DNA of 64,000 nt, from positions 30,628,001 through 30,692,000 of the forward strand of contig OZ024742.1 of NCBI GenBank assembly GCA_964016885.1. The letters are read 5' to 3'. Positions 46,601 to 59,500 of the stretch are shown piece by piece. This DNA is from Eledone cirrhosa. Its lineage: Eukaryota. Within the stretch, counting starts at the first letter, position 1; every line of letters begins with the position of its first letter. Under the pieces are notes generated by a model, which saw nothing but the letters and a program-made list of their open reading frames with translations, had not been told where the DNA came from and did not search any database. The translations under genes and the position numbers were made by a program.

Positions 46601-49600
46601 TCTCAGTCATTACTCGGTGTAGTCACTCTCAGTCCTAACTTGGTGTAGTCTCTCTCAGTCCTATGTTGGTGTGGTGTCTTTCAGTCCTAACTTGGTGTGG
46701 TCTCTCTCATTCCTTACTTGGTGTAGTCTCTCTCAGTCCTAACTTGGTGTAGTCTCTCTCAGTCCTAAGTTGGTGTGGTCTCCCTCAGTCCTAAGTTGGT
46801 GTGGTCTCTCTCAGTCCTAAGTTGGTGTGGTCTATCTCAGTCCTAAGTTGGTGTGGTCTCTCTCAGTCCTAAGTTGGTGTGGTCTCTCTAAATCCTAACT
46901 TGGTGTGGTCACTCTCAGTCCTAAGTAGGTGTGGTCTTTCTCAGTCCTAACTTGGTGTGGTCTCTCTCAGTCCTTACTCGGTGTAGTCACTGTCAGTCCT
47001 AACTTGGTATAGTCTCCCTCAGTCGTAACTTGGTGTAGTCTCTCTCAGTCCTAAGTTCGTGCTATCTCTCTCTCAGTCCTAACTTGGTGTGGTCTCTCTC
47101 AGTCCTAACTTGGTGTAGTCTCTCTACGTCCTACCTTGGTGTGGTCTCTCTCAGTCCTAACTTCGTGTGCTTTCTCTCAGTCCTAACTTGGTGTAGTCTC
47201 TCTCAGTCCCAGCTTGGTGTAGTCTCTCTCAGTCGTAACTTGGTGTGGTCTCTCTATGTCCTAACTTGGTGTAGTCTCTCTCAGTCTTAACATGGTGTAG
47301 TCTCTCTCTGTCTTAAGTTGGTGTGGTCTCTCTCAATCCTAAGTTGGTGTGGTCTCTCTCAGTCCTAAGTTGGTGTGGTCTCTCTCAGTCCTAACTTGGT
47401 GTAGTCTCTCTCAGTCCTAACTTGGTGTGGTCTCTCTCAGTCCTAACTTGAAGTAGTCTCTCTCAGTCCTAAGTTGGTGTGGTCTCTCTCAGTCCTTACT
47501 TGGTGTAGTCTCTTTCAGTCCTAACTTGGTGTGGTCACCCTCAGTCCTAAGTTGGTGTGGTCTTTCTCAGTCCTAAGTTGGTGTGGTCTCTCTCAGTCCT
47601 AAGTTGGTGTGGTCTCTCTCAGTCCTAAGTTGGTGTGGTCTCTCTCAGTCCTAACTTTGTGATGTCTCCCTCAGTGGTAACTTGGTGTAGTCTCTCTCAG
47701 TCGTAAGTTGGTGTGGTGTCTCTCAGTCCTAAGTTGGTGTGGTCTCTCTCAGTCCTAAGTTGGTGTGGTCTCTCTCAGTCCTAACTTGGTGTGGTCTCTC
47801 TCAGTCTTAACTTGGTGTAGTCTCCCTCAATCCTAAGTTGGAGTGGTCTCTCTCAGTCCTAACTTGGTGTAGTCTATCTAAGTCCTAAGATGGTGTGGTC
47901 TCTCTCAGTCCCAACTTGGTGTAGTCTCTCTCAGTCCAAAGTTGGTGTGGTCTCTCTCAGTCCTAACTCGGTGTAGTCTCTCTCAGTCCGAACTTGGTGT
48001 GGCCTCTCGCAGTCCTAAGTTGGTGTAGTCTCTCTCGGTCCTAACTTGGTGAGTTCTCTCTCAGTCCGAACTTGGTGTAGTCTCTCTCAGTCCTTACTTA
48101 GTGTGGTCTGTCTCAGTCCTAACATGGTGTTGTCTCTCTCAGTCCTAACTTGGTGTGGTCTCTCTCAGTCCTAACTTGGAGTAGTCTCTCTCAGTCCTAA
48201 CTTGCTGTGGTCTCTCTCAGTCCTAACTTGGTGTGGTCTCTCTCAGTCGTAACTTGGTGTGGTCTCTCTAAGTCCTAACTTGGTGTAGTCTGTCTCAGTC
48301 CTAACATGGTGTAGTCTTTCTCAGTCTTAACTTGGTGTAGTCTCTCTCTGTCTTAAGTTGGTGTGGTCTCTCTCAGTCCTAACTTGGTGTGGTCTCTCTC
48401 AGTCCTAAGTTGGTGTGGTCTCTCTCAGTCTTAACTTGGCGTAGTCTCTCTCAGTTCTAACTTGGTGTGGTCTCTCTCAGTACTAACTTGGTGTAGTCTC
48501 TCTCAGTCCTAAGTTGGTGTGGTCTCTCTCAGTCCTAAGTTGGTGTGGTCTCTCTCATTCCTAACTTGGTGTAGTCTCTTTCAGTCCTAAGTTGGTGTGT
48601 TCTCTCTCAGTCCTAACTTGGTGTGGTCTCTCTCAGTCCTTACTTGGTGTAGTCACTCTCAGTCCTAACTAGGTATAGTCTCTCTCAGTCGTAACTTAGT
48701 GTAGTCTCTCTCAGTCGTAACTTCGTGTAGTCTCTCTCAGTCCTAAGTTGGTGTGGTCTCTCTCAGTCCTAAGTTGGTGTGGTCTCTCTCAGTCCTAAGT
48801 TGGTGTGGTCTCTCTCAACCCTAACTTGGTGTAGTCTCTCTCAGTCCTAAGTTGGTGTGCTCTCTCTCAGTCCTAACTTGGTGTTGTCTCTCTCAGTCCT
48901 AAGTTGGTGTGGTCTCACTCAGTCCTAACTAGGTGTAGTCTCTCTCAGTCCTAACTTGGTGTGGTCTCTCGCATTCCTTACTTGGTGTAGTCTCTCTCAG
49001 TCCAAACTTGGTGTAGTCTCTCTCAGTCCTAAGTTGGTGTGGTGTCTCTCAGTCCTAACTTGGTGTAATCTCTCTCAGTCCTAAGTTGGTGTCGTCTCTC
49101 TCAGGTTTAACTAGGTGTAGTCTCTCTCAGTCCTAAGTTGGTGTGGCCTCTCTCAGTCCTAAGTTGGTGTAGACTCTCTCAGTCCGAACTTGGTGTGGTC
49201 TCTCTCAGTCCTAACTTGTTGTGGTCTCTCTCAGTCCTAAGTTTGTGCTGTCTCTCTCTCTCAGTCCTAACTTGGTGTGGTCTCTCTCAGTCCTAACTTG
49301 GTGTAGTCTCTCTACGTCCTAACTTGGTGTGGTCTCTCTCAGTCCTATCTTGGTGTGGTCTCTCTCAGTCCTAACTTGGTGTAGTCTCACTCAGTCCTAA
49401 GTTGCTGTGGTCTCTCTCAGTCCTAACTTGGTGTAGTCTCTCTCAGTCGTAACTTGGTGTGGTCTCTCTAAGTCCTAACTTGGTGTAGTCTCTCTCAGTC
49501 CTAACTTGGTGTAGTCTCTCTCAGTCTTAACTTGGTGTAGTCTCTCTCAGTCCTTACTTGGTGTAGTCTCTCTCAGTCCTAAGTTGGTGTGGTGTCTCTC

Positions 49601-52600
49601 AGTCCTAACTTGGTGTAGTCTCTCTCAGTCCTAAGTTGGTGTCGTCTCTCTCAGGCCTAACTAGGTGTAGTCTCTCTCAGTCCAAAGTTGGTGTGGTCTC
49701 TCTCAGTCCTAAGTTGGTGTAGTCTCTCTCAGTCCGAACTTGGTGTGGTCTCTCTCAGTCCTAACTTGTTGTGGTCTCTCTCAGTCCTAAGTTTGTGCTC
49801 TCTCTCTCTCAGTCCAAACTTGGTGTGGTCTCTCTCAGTCCTAATTTGGTGTAGTCTCTCTACGTCTTAACTTGGTGTGGTCTCTCTCAGTCCTAACTTG
49901 GTGTGGTCTCTCTCAGTCCTAACTTGGTGTGGTCTCGCTGATTCCTTACTTGTTTAGTCACTGTCTGTCCTAACTTGGTATAGTCTCCCTCAGTCGTAAC
50001 TTGGTGTAGTCTCTCTCAGTCCTAACTTCGTGTGCTTTCTCTCAGTCCTAACTTGGTGTAGTCTCTCTCAGTCCTAACTTGGTGTGGTCTCTCTCAGTCC
50101 TAACTTGGTGTAGTCTCTCTCAGTCGTAACTTGGTGTGGTCTCTCTATGTCCTAACTTGGTGTAGTCTCTCTCAGTCTTAACATGGTGTAGTCTCTCTCA
50201 GTCTTAACTTGGTGTAGTCTCTCTCAGTCGTAAGTTGGTGTGGTGTCTCTCAGTCCTAAGTTGGTGTGGTCTCTCTCAGTCCTAAGTTGGTGTGGTCTCT
50301 CTCAGTCCTAACTTGGTGTGGTCTCTCTCAGTCCTTACATGGTGTTGTCTCTCTCAGTCTTAACTTGGTGTAGTCTCTCTCAATCCTAAGTTGGAGTGGT
50401 CTCTCTCAGTCCTAACTTGGTGTAGTCTATCTAAGTCCTAAGTTGGTGTGGTGTCTCTCAGTCCTAAATTGGTGTAGTCTCTCTCAGTCCTAAGTTGGTG
50501 TGGTCTCTCTCAGTCCTAACTCGGTGTAGTCTCTCTCAGTCCGAACTTGGTGTGGTCTCTCGCAGTCCTAAGTTGGTGTAGTCTCTCTCGGTCCTAACTT
50601 GGTGAGTTCTCTCTCAGTCCGAACTTGGTGTAGTCTCTCTCAGTCCTTACTTAGTGTGGTCTGTCTCAGTCCTAACATGGTGTTGTCTCTCTCAGTCCTA
50701 ACTTGGTGTGGTCTCTCTCAGTCCTAACTTGGAGTAGTCTCTCTCAGTCCTAACTTGCTGTGGTCTCTCTCAGTCGTAACTTGGTGTGGTCTCTCTAAGT
50801 CCTAACTTGGTGTAGTCTGTCTCAGTCCTAACATGGTGTAGTCTTTCTCAGTCTTAACTTGGTGTAGTCTCTCTCTGTCTTAAGTTGGTGTGGTCTCTCT
50901 CAGTCCTAACTTGGTGTGGTCTCTCTCAGTCCTAAGTTGGTGTGGTCTCTCTCAGTCTTAACTTGGCGTAGTCTCTCTCAGTTCTAACTTGGTGTGGTCT
51001 CTCTCAGTCCTAACTTGGTGTAGTCTCTCTCAGTCCTAAGTTGGTGTGGTCTCTCTCAGTCCTAAGTTGGTGTGGTCTCTCTCATTCCTAACTTGGTGTA
51101 GTCTCTTTCAGTCCTAAGTTGGTGTGTTCTCTCTCAGTCCTAACTTGGTGTGGTCTCTCGCATTCCTTACTTGGTGTAGTCTCTCTCAGTCCAAACTTGG
51201 TGTAGTCTCTCTCAGTCCTAAGTTGGTGTGGTGTCTCTCAGTCCTAACTTGGTGTAGTCTCTCTCAGTCCTAAGTTGGTGTCGTCTCTCTCAGGTTTAAC
51301 TAGGTGTAGTCTCTCTCAGTCCTAAGTTGGTGTGGTCTCTCTCAGTCCTAAGTTGGTGTAGACTCTCTCAGTCCGAACTTGGTGTGGTCTCTCTCAGTCC
51401 TAACTTGTTGTGGTCTCTCTCAGTCCTAAGTTTGTGCTGTCTCTCTCTCAGTCCTAACTTGGTGTGGTCTCTCTCAGTCCTAACTTGGTGTAGTCTCTCT
51501 ACGTCCTAACTTGGTGTGGTCTCTCTCAGTCCTATCTTGGTGTAGTCTCTCTCAGTCCTAACTTGGTGTAGTCTCACTCAGTCCTAAGTTGCTGTGGTCT
51601 CTCTCAGTCCTAACTTGGTGTAGTCTCTCTCAGTCGTAACTTGGTGTGGTCTCTCTAAGTCCTAACTTGGTGTAGTCTCTCTCAGTCCTAACATGGTGTA
51701 GTCTCTCTCAGTCTTAACTTGGTGTAGTCTCTCTCAGTCCTTACTTGGTGTAGTCTCTCTCAGTCCTAAATTGGTGCGGTCTCCCTCAGTCCTATGTTGG
51801 TGTGGTCTCTCTCAGTCCTAACTTGGTGTGGTCTCTCTCAGTCCTAGCTTGGTGTAGTCTCTCTCAGTCCTAAGTTGGTGTGGTCTCTCTGAGTCCTAAC
51901 TTGGTGTGGTCTCTCTCAGCCCTAACTTAGTGTAGTCTCTCTCAGTCCTAACTTGGTGTGGTCTCCCTCAGTCCTAAGTTGGTGTGGTCTCTCTCAGTCC
52001 TCACTTGGTGTAGTCTCTCTCAGTCCTAAGTTGGTGTGGTCTCTCTCAGTCCTTACTTGGTGTAGTCTCTCTCAGTCCTAACTTGGTGTGGTCACCCTCA
52101 GTCCTAAGTTGGTGTGGTCTTTCTCAGTCCAAAGTTGGTGTGGTCTCTCTCAGTCCTAAGTTGGTGTGGTCTCTCTCAGTTCTAACTTTGTGATGTCTCT
52201 CTGAGTCCTTACTTGGTGTAGTCACTCTCAGTCCTAACTTGGTATAGTCTCCCTCAGTCGTAACTTGGTGTAGTCTCTCTCCGTCGTAAGTTGGTGTGGT
52301 CTCTCTCAGTCCTAAGTTGGTGTTGACTCTCTCAGTCCTAAGTTGGTGTGGTCACTCTCAGTCCTAAGTTGGTGTGGTCTCTCTCATTCCTAACTTGGTG
52401 TAGTCTCTTTCAGTCCTAAGTTGGTGTGGTCTCTCTAAATCCTAACTTGGTGTGGTCACTCTCAGTCCTAAGTAGGTGTGGTCTTTCTCAGTCCTAACTT
52501 GGTGTGGTCTCTCTCAGTCATTACTCGGTGTAGTCACTCTCAGTCCTAACTTGGTGTAGTCTCTCTCAGTCCTATGTTGGTGTGGTGTCTTTCAGTCCTA

Positions 52601-55493
52601 ACTTGGTGTGGTCTCTCTCATTCCTTACTTGGTGTAGTCTCTCTCAGTCCTAACTTGGTGTAGTCTCTCTCAGTCCTAAGTTGGTGTGGTCTCCCTCAGT
52701 CCTAAGTTGGTGTGGTCTCTCTCAGTCCTAAGTTGGTGTGGTCTATCTCAGTCCTAAGTTGGTGTGGTCTCTCTCAGTCCTAAGTTGGTGTGGTCTCTCT
52801 AAATCCTAACTTGGTGTGGTCACTCTCAGTCCTAAGTAGGTGTGGTCTTTCTCAGTCCTAACTTGGTGTGGTCTCTCTCAGTCCTTACTCGGTGTAGTCA
52901 CTGTCAGTCCTAACTTGGTATAGTCTCCCTCAGTCGTAACTTGGTGTAGTCTCTCTCAGTCCTAAGTTCGTGCTATCTCTCTCTCAGTCCTAACTTGGTG
53001 TGGTCTCTCTCAGTCCTAACTTGGTGTAGTCTCTCTACGTCCTACCTTGGTGTGGTCTCTCTCAGTCCTAACTTCGTGTGCTTTCTCTCAGTCCTAACTT
53101 GGTGTAGTCTCTCTCAGTCCCAGCTTGGTGTAGTCTCTCTCAGTCGTAACTTGGTGTGGTCTCTCTATGTCCTAACTTGGTGTAGTCTCTCTCAGTCTTA
53201 ACATGGTGTAGTCTCTCTCTGTCTTAAGTTGGTGTGGTCTCTCTCAATCCTAAGTTGGTGTGGTCTCTCTCAGTCCTAAGTTGGTGTGGTCTCTCTCAGT
53301 CCTAACTTGGTGTAGTCTCTCTCAGTCCTAACTTGGTGTGGTCTCTCTCAGTCCTAACTTGAAGTAGTCTCTCTCAGTCCTAAGTTGGTGTGGTCTCTCT
53401 CAGTCCTTACTTGGTGTAGTCTCTTTCAGTCCTAACTTGGTGTGGTCACCCTCAGTCCTAAGTTGGTGTGGTCTTTCTCAGTCCTAAGTTGGTGTGGTCT
53501 CTCTCAGTCCTAAGTTGGTGTGGTCTCTCTCAGTCCTAAGTTGGTGTGGTCTCTCTCAGTCCTAACTTTGTGATGTCTCCCTCAGTGGTAACTTGGTGTA
53601 GTCTCTCTCAGTCGTAAGTTGGTGTGGTGTCTCTCAGTCCTAAGTTGGTGTGGTCTCTCTCAGTCCTAAGTTGGTGTGGTCTCTCTCAGTCCTAACTTGG
53701 TGTGGTCTCTCTCAGTCTTAACTTGGTGTAGTCTCCCTCAATCCTAAGTTGGAGTGGTCTCTCTCAGTCCTAACTTGGTGTAGTCTATCTAAGTCCTAAG
53801 ATGGTGTGGTCTCTCTCAGTCCCAACTTGGTGTAGTCTCTCTCAGTCCAAAGTTGGTGTGGTCTCTCTCAGTCCTAACTCGGTGTAGTCTCTCTCAGTCC
53901 GAACTTGGTGTGGCCTCTCGCAGTCCTAAGTTGGTGTAGTCTCTCTCGGTCCTAACTTGGTGAGTTCTCTCTCAGTCCGAACTTGGTGTAGTCTCTCTCA
54001 GTCCTTACTTAGTGTGGTCTGTCTCAGTCCTAACATGGTGTTGTCTCTCTCAGTCCTAACTTGGTGTGGTCTCTCTCAGTCCTAACTTGGAGTAGTCTCT
54101 CTCAGTCCTAACTTGCTGTGGTCTCTCTCAGTCCTAACTTGGTGTGGTCTCTCTCAGTCGTAACTTGGTGTGGTCTCTCTAAGTCCTAACTTGGTGTAGT
54201 CTGTCTCAGTCCTAACATGGTGTAGTCTTTCTCAGTCTTAACTTGGTGTAGTCTCTCTCTGTCTTAAGTTGGTGTGGTCTCTCTCAGTCCTAACTTGGTG
54301 TGGTCTCTCTCAGTCCTAAGTTGGTGTGGTCTCTCTCAGTCTTAACTTGGCGTAGTCTCTCTCAGTTCTAACTTGGTGTGGTCTCTCTCAGTACTAACTT
54401 GGTGTAGTCTCTCTCAGTCCTAAGTTGGTGTGGTCTCTCTCAGTCCTAAGTTGGTGTGGTCTCTCTCATTCCTAACTTGGTGTAGTCTCTTTCAGTCCTA
54501 AGTTGGTGTGTTCTCTCTCAGTCCTAACTTGGTGTGGTCTCTCTCAGTCCTTACTTGGTGTAGTCACTCTCAGTCCTAACTAGGTATAGTCTCTCTCAGT
54601 CGTAACTTAGTGTAGTCTCTCTCAGTCGTAACTTCGTGTAGTCTCTCTCAGTCCTAAGTTGGTGTGGTCTCTCTCAGTCCTAAGTTGGTGTGGTCTCTCT
54701 CAGTCCTAAGTTGGTGTGGTCTCTCTCAACCCTAACTTGGTGTAGTCTCTCTCAGTCCTAAGTTGGTGTGCTCTCTCTCAGTCCTAACTTGGTGTTGTCT
54801 CTCTCAGTCCTAAGTTGGTGTGGTCTCACTCAGTCCTAACTAGGTGTAGTCTCTCTCAGTCCTAACTTGGTGTGGTCTCTCGCATTCCTTACTTGGTGTA
54901 GTCTCTCTCAGTCCAAACTTGGTGTAGTCTCTCTCAGTCCTAAGTTGGTGTGGTGTCTCTCAGTCCTAACTTGGTGTAATCTCTCTCAGTCCTAAGTTGG
55001 TGTCGTCTCTCTCAGGTTTAACTAGGTGTAGTCTCTCTCAGTCCTAAGTTGGTGTGGCCTCTCTCAGTCCTAAGTTGGTGTAGACTCTCTCAGTCCGAAC
55101 TTGGTGTGGTCTCTCTCAGTCCTAACTTGTTGTGGTCTCTCTCAGTCCTAAGTTTGTGCTGTCTCTCTCTCTCAGTCCTAACTTGGTGTGGTCTCTCTCA
55201 GTCCTAACTTGGTGTAGTCTCTCTACGTCCTAACTTGGTGTGGTCTCTCTCAGTCCTATCTTGGTGTGGTCTCTCTCAGTCCTAACTTGGTGTAGTCTCA
55301 CTCAGTCCTAAGTTGCTGTGGTCTCTCTCAGTCCTAACTTGGTGTAGTCTCTCTCAGTCGTAACTTGGTGTGGTCTCTCTAAGTCCTAACTTGGTGTAGT
55401 CTCTCTCAGTCCTAACTTGGTGTAGTCTCTCTCAGTCTTAACTTGGTGTAGTCTCTCTCAGTCCTTACTTGGTGTAGTCTCTCTCAGTCCTAA
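43645..55493. repeat. Tandem segmental duplication within the satellite, period 5911 bp
   Basis: GAAGTAG at 47450/53361. Identical ORF pairs 43777/49688, 45416/51327 and 47084/52995 are all offset by 5911. Confidence 0.94.
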
Positions 55494-56519
55494 CTTGGTG
55501 TGGTCTCCCTCAGTCCTATGTTGGTGTGGTCTCTCTCAGTCCTAACTTGGTGTGGTCTCTCTCAGTCCTTACTTGGTGTGGTGTCTCTCACTCCTAACTT
55601 GGTGTGGTCTCTCTCAGTCCTTACTTGGTGTAGTCACTCTCAGTCCTAACTTGGTATAGTCTCTCTCAGTCGTAACTTAGTGTAGTCTCTCTCAGTCGTA
55701 ACTTCGTGTAGTCTCTCTCAGTCCTAAGTTGGTGTGGTCTCTCTCAGTCCTAAGTTGGTGTGGTCTCTCTCAGTCCTAAGTTGGTGTGGTCTCTCTCAAC
55801 CCTAACTTGGTGTAGTCTCTCTCAGTCCTAAGTTGGTGTGCTCTCTCTCAGTCCTAACTTGGTGTTGTCTCTCTCAGTCCTAAGTTGGTGTGGTCTCACT
55901 CAGTCCTAACTAGGTGTAGTCTCTCTCAGTCCTAACTTGGTGTGGTCTCTCTCAGTCCTAAGTTGGTGTAGTCTCTCTCAGTCCGAACTTGGTGTGGTCT
56001 CTATCAGTCCTAACTTTTTGTGGTCTCTCTCAGTCCTAAGTTCGTGCAGTCTTTCTCTCAGTCCTAACTTGGTGTGGTCTCTCTCAGTCCTAACTTGGTG
56101 TAGTCTCTCTCAGTCCTAACTTGGTGTAGTCTCTCTCAGTCGTAACTTGGTGTGGTCTCTCTAACTCCTAACTTGGTGTAGTTTCTCTCAGTCCTAACAT
56201 GGTGTAGTCTCTCTCAGTCCTAACTTGGTGTGGTCTCTCTCAGCCCTAACTTGGTGTGGTCTCTCTCAGTCCTAACTTAGTGTAGTCTCTCTCAGTCCTA
56301 AGTTGGTGTGGTCTCTCTCAGTCCTTGCTTGGTGTAGTCTCTCTCAGTCCTAACTTGGTGTGGTCTCCCTCAGTCCTAAGTTGGTGTGGTCTCTCTCAGT
56401 CCTAAGTTGGTGTGGTCTATCTCACTCCTGAGTTTGTGTGGTCTCTCTCAGTCCTAAGTTGGTGTGGTCTCTCTCATTCCTAACTTGGTGTTGTCTCTCT
56501 CAGCCTTAACTTGGTGTGG

Positions 56520-59500
56520 TCTCTCTCAGTCCTAATTTAGTGTAGTCTCTCTCTCAGTCCTAAGTTGGTGTAGTCTCTCTCAGTCCTAAGTTGGTGTGAT
56601 CTCTCTCAGTCCTAAGGTGGTGTGGTCTCTCTCAGTCCTAACTTAGTGTAGTCTCTCTCAGTCCTAAGTTGGTGTGGTCTCTCTCAGTCCTAAGGTGGTG
56701 TGGTCTCTCTCAGTCCTAACTTGGTGTGGTCACTCTCCGTCCTAAGTTGGTGTGGTCTCTCTCAGTCCTAACTTGGTGTGGTCTGTCTCAGTCCTTACTT
56801 GGTGTAGTCACTCTCAGTCCTAATTTGGTGTAGTCTCTCTCAGTCCTAAGTTGGTGTGGTCTATCTCAGTCCTAAGTTGGTGTGGTCTCTCTCAGTCCTA
56901 AGTTGGTGTGGTCTCTCTCAGTCCTGACTTGGTGTAGTCTCTCTCAGTCCTGACTTGGTGTCGTCTCTCTCAGTCCTAACTAGCTGTAGTCTCTCTCAGT
57001 CCTAAGTTGGTGTGGTCTCTCTCAGTCCTAAGTTGGTGTGGTCTCTCTCAGTCCGAACTTGGTGTGGTCTCTCTCAGTCCTAACTTGTTGTGGTCTCTCT
57101 CAGTCCTAAGTACGTGCTGTCTCTCTCTCAGTCCTAACTTGGTGTGGTCTCTCACAGTCCTAACTTGGTGTAGTCTCTCTCAGTCCTAACATGGTGTAGT
57201 CTCTCTCAGTCTTAACTTGGTGTAGTCTCTCTCAGTCCATACTTGGTGTAGTCTCTATCAGTCCTAACTTGGTGTGGTCTCCCTCAGTCCTAAGTTGGTG
57301 TGGTCTCTCTCAGTCCTAACTTGGTGTGGTCTCTCTCAGTCCTAACTTGGTGTGGTCTCTCTCAGTCCTAACTTGGTGTGGTCTCTCTCAGTCCTTACTT
57401 AGTGTAGTAACTCTCAGTCCTAAGTTGGTGTGGTCTCTCTCAGTCCTTACTTGGTGTAGTCTCCCTCAGTCTTAACTTGGTGTGGTCTCCCTCAGTCCTA
57501 AGTTGGTGTGGTCTCTCTCAGTCCTAAGTTGGTGTGGTCTATCTCACTCCTAAGTTGGTGTGGTCTCTCTCAGTCCTAAGTTGGTGTGGTCTCTCTCATT
57601 CCTAACTTGGTGTAGTCTCTTTCAGTCCTAAGTTGGTGTGTTCTCTCTCAGTCCTAACTTGGTGTAGTCTCTCTCAGTCGTAACTTGGTGTGGTCTCTCT
57701 AAGTCCTAACTTGGTGAAGTCTCTCTCAGTCCTAACATGGTGTAGTCTCTCTCAGTCGTAACTTGGTGTAGTCTCTCTCAGTCGTAACTTCGTGTAGTCT
57801 CTCTCAGTCCTAAGTTGGTGTGGTCTCTCTCAGTCCTAAGTTGGTGTGGTCTCTCTCAGTCCTAAGTTTGTGTGGTCTCTCTCAGTCCTAACTTGGTGTG
57901 GGCTCTCTCAGTCCTAAGTTGGTGTCGTCTCTCTCAGTCCTAACTAAGTGTAGTCTCTCTCAGTCCTAAGTTTGTGTGGTCTCTCTCAGTCCTAAGTTTG
58001 TGCTCTCTCTCTCTCAGTCCAAACTTGGTGTGGTCTCTCTCAGTCCTAACTTGTTGTGGTCTCTCTCAGTCCTAAGTTCGTGCTGTCTCTCTCTCAGTCC
58101 TAACTTGGTGTGGTCTTTCTCAGTCCTAACTTGGTGTAGTCTCTCTCAGTCCTAACATGGTGTAGTCTCTCTCAGTCTTAACTTGGTGTAGTCTCTCTCA
58201 GTCCATACTTGGTGTAGTCTCTATCAGTCCTAACTTGGTGTGGTCTCCCTCAGTCCTAAGTTGGTGTGGTCTCTCTCAGTCCTAACTTGGTGTAGTCTCT
58301 CTCAGTCCTAAGTTGGTGTGGTCTCTCTCAGTCCTAAGTTGGTGTGGTCTCTCTCAGTCCTAACTTGGTGTGGTCTCTCTCAGTCCTAACTTGGTGTGGT
58401 CTATCTCACTCCTAAGTTGGTGTGGTCTCTCTCAGTCCTAAGTTGGTGTGGTCTCTCTCATTCCTAACTTGGTGTAGTCTCTTTCAGTCCTAAGTTGGTG
58501 TGTTCTCTCTCAGTCCTAACTTGGTGTGGTCTCTCTCATTGCTTACTTGGTGTAGTCTCTCTCAGTCCTAACTTGGTGTAGTCTCTCTCAGTCCTAAGTT
58601 CGTGTGGTCTCCCTCAGTCCTAAGTTGGTGTGGTCTCTCTCAGTCCTAAGTTGGTGTGGTCTATCTCAGTCCTAAGTTGGTGTGTTCTCTCTCAGTCCTA
58701 ACTTGGTGTGGTCTCTCTCAGTCCTAACTTAGTGTAGTCTCTCTCAGTCCTAAGTTGGTGTGGTCTCTCTCAGTCCTAAGTTGGTGTAGTCTCTCTCAGT
58801 CCGAACTTGGTGTGGTCTCTCTCAGTCCTAAGTTGGTGTGGTCTCTCTCATTCCTAACTTGGTGTAGTCTCTTTCAGTCCTAAGTTGGTGTAGTCTATCT
58901 CAGTCCTAAGTTGGTGTGGTCTCTCTCAGTCCTAACTTGGTGTGGTCTCTCTCAGCCCTAACTTGGTGTGGTCTCTCTCAGTCCTAACTTAGCGTAGTCT
59001 CTCTCAGTCCTAAGTTGGTGTGGTCTCTCTCAGTCCTAAATTGGTGTAGTCTCTCTCAGTCCGAACTTGGTGTGGTCTCTCTCAGTCCTAAGTTAGTGTG
59101 GTCTCTCTCATTCCTAACTTGGTGTAGTCTCTTTCAGTCCTAAGTTGGTGTAGTCTCTCTCAGTCCTAAGTTGGTGTGGTCTCTCTCAGTCCTAACTTGG
59201 TGTGGTCTCTCTCAGCCCTAACTTGGTGTGGTCTCTCTCAGTCCTAACTTGGTCTGGTCACTCTCAGTCTTAAGTTGGTGTGGTCTCTCTCAGTCCTAAC
59301 TTGGTGTGGTCTCTCTCAGTCCTTACTTGGTGTAGTCACTCTCAGTCCTAACTTGGTGTAGTCTCTCTCAGTCCTAAGTTGGTGTGGTCTATCTCAGTCC
59401 TAAGTTGGTGTGGTCTCTCTCAGTCCTAAGTTGGTGTAGTCTCTCTCAGTCCTAACTTGGTGTAGTCTCTCTCAGTCCTAAGTTGGTGTGCTCTCTCTCA

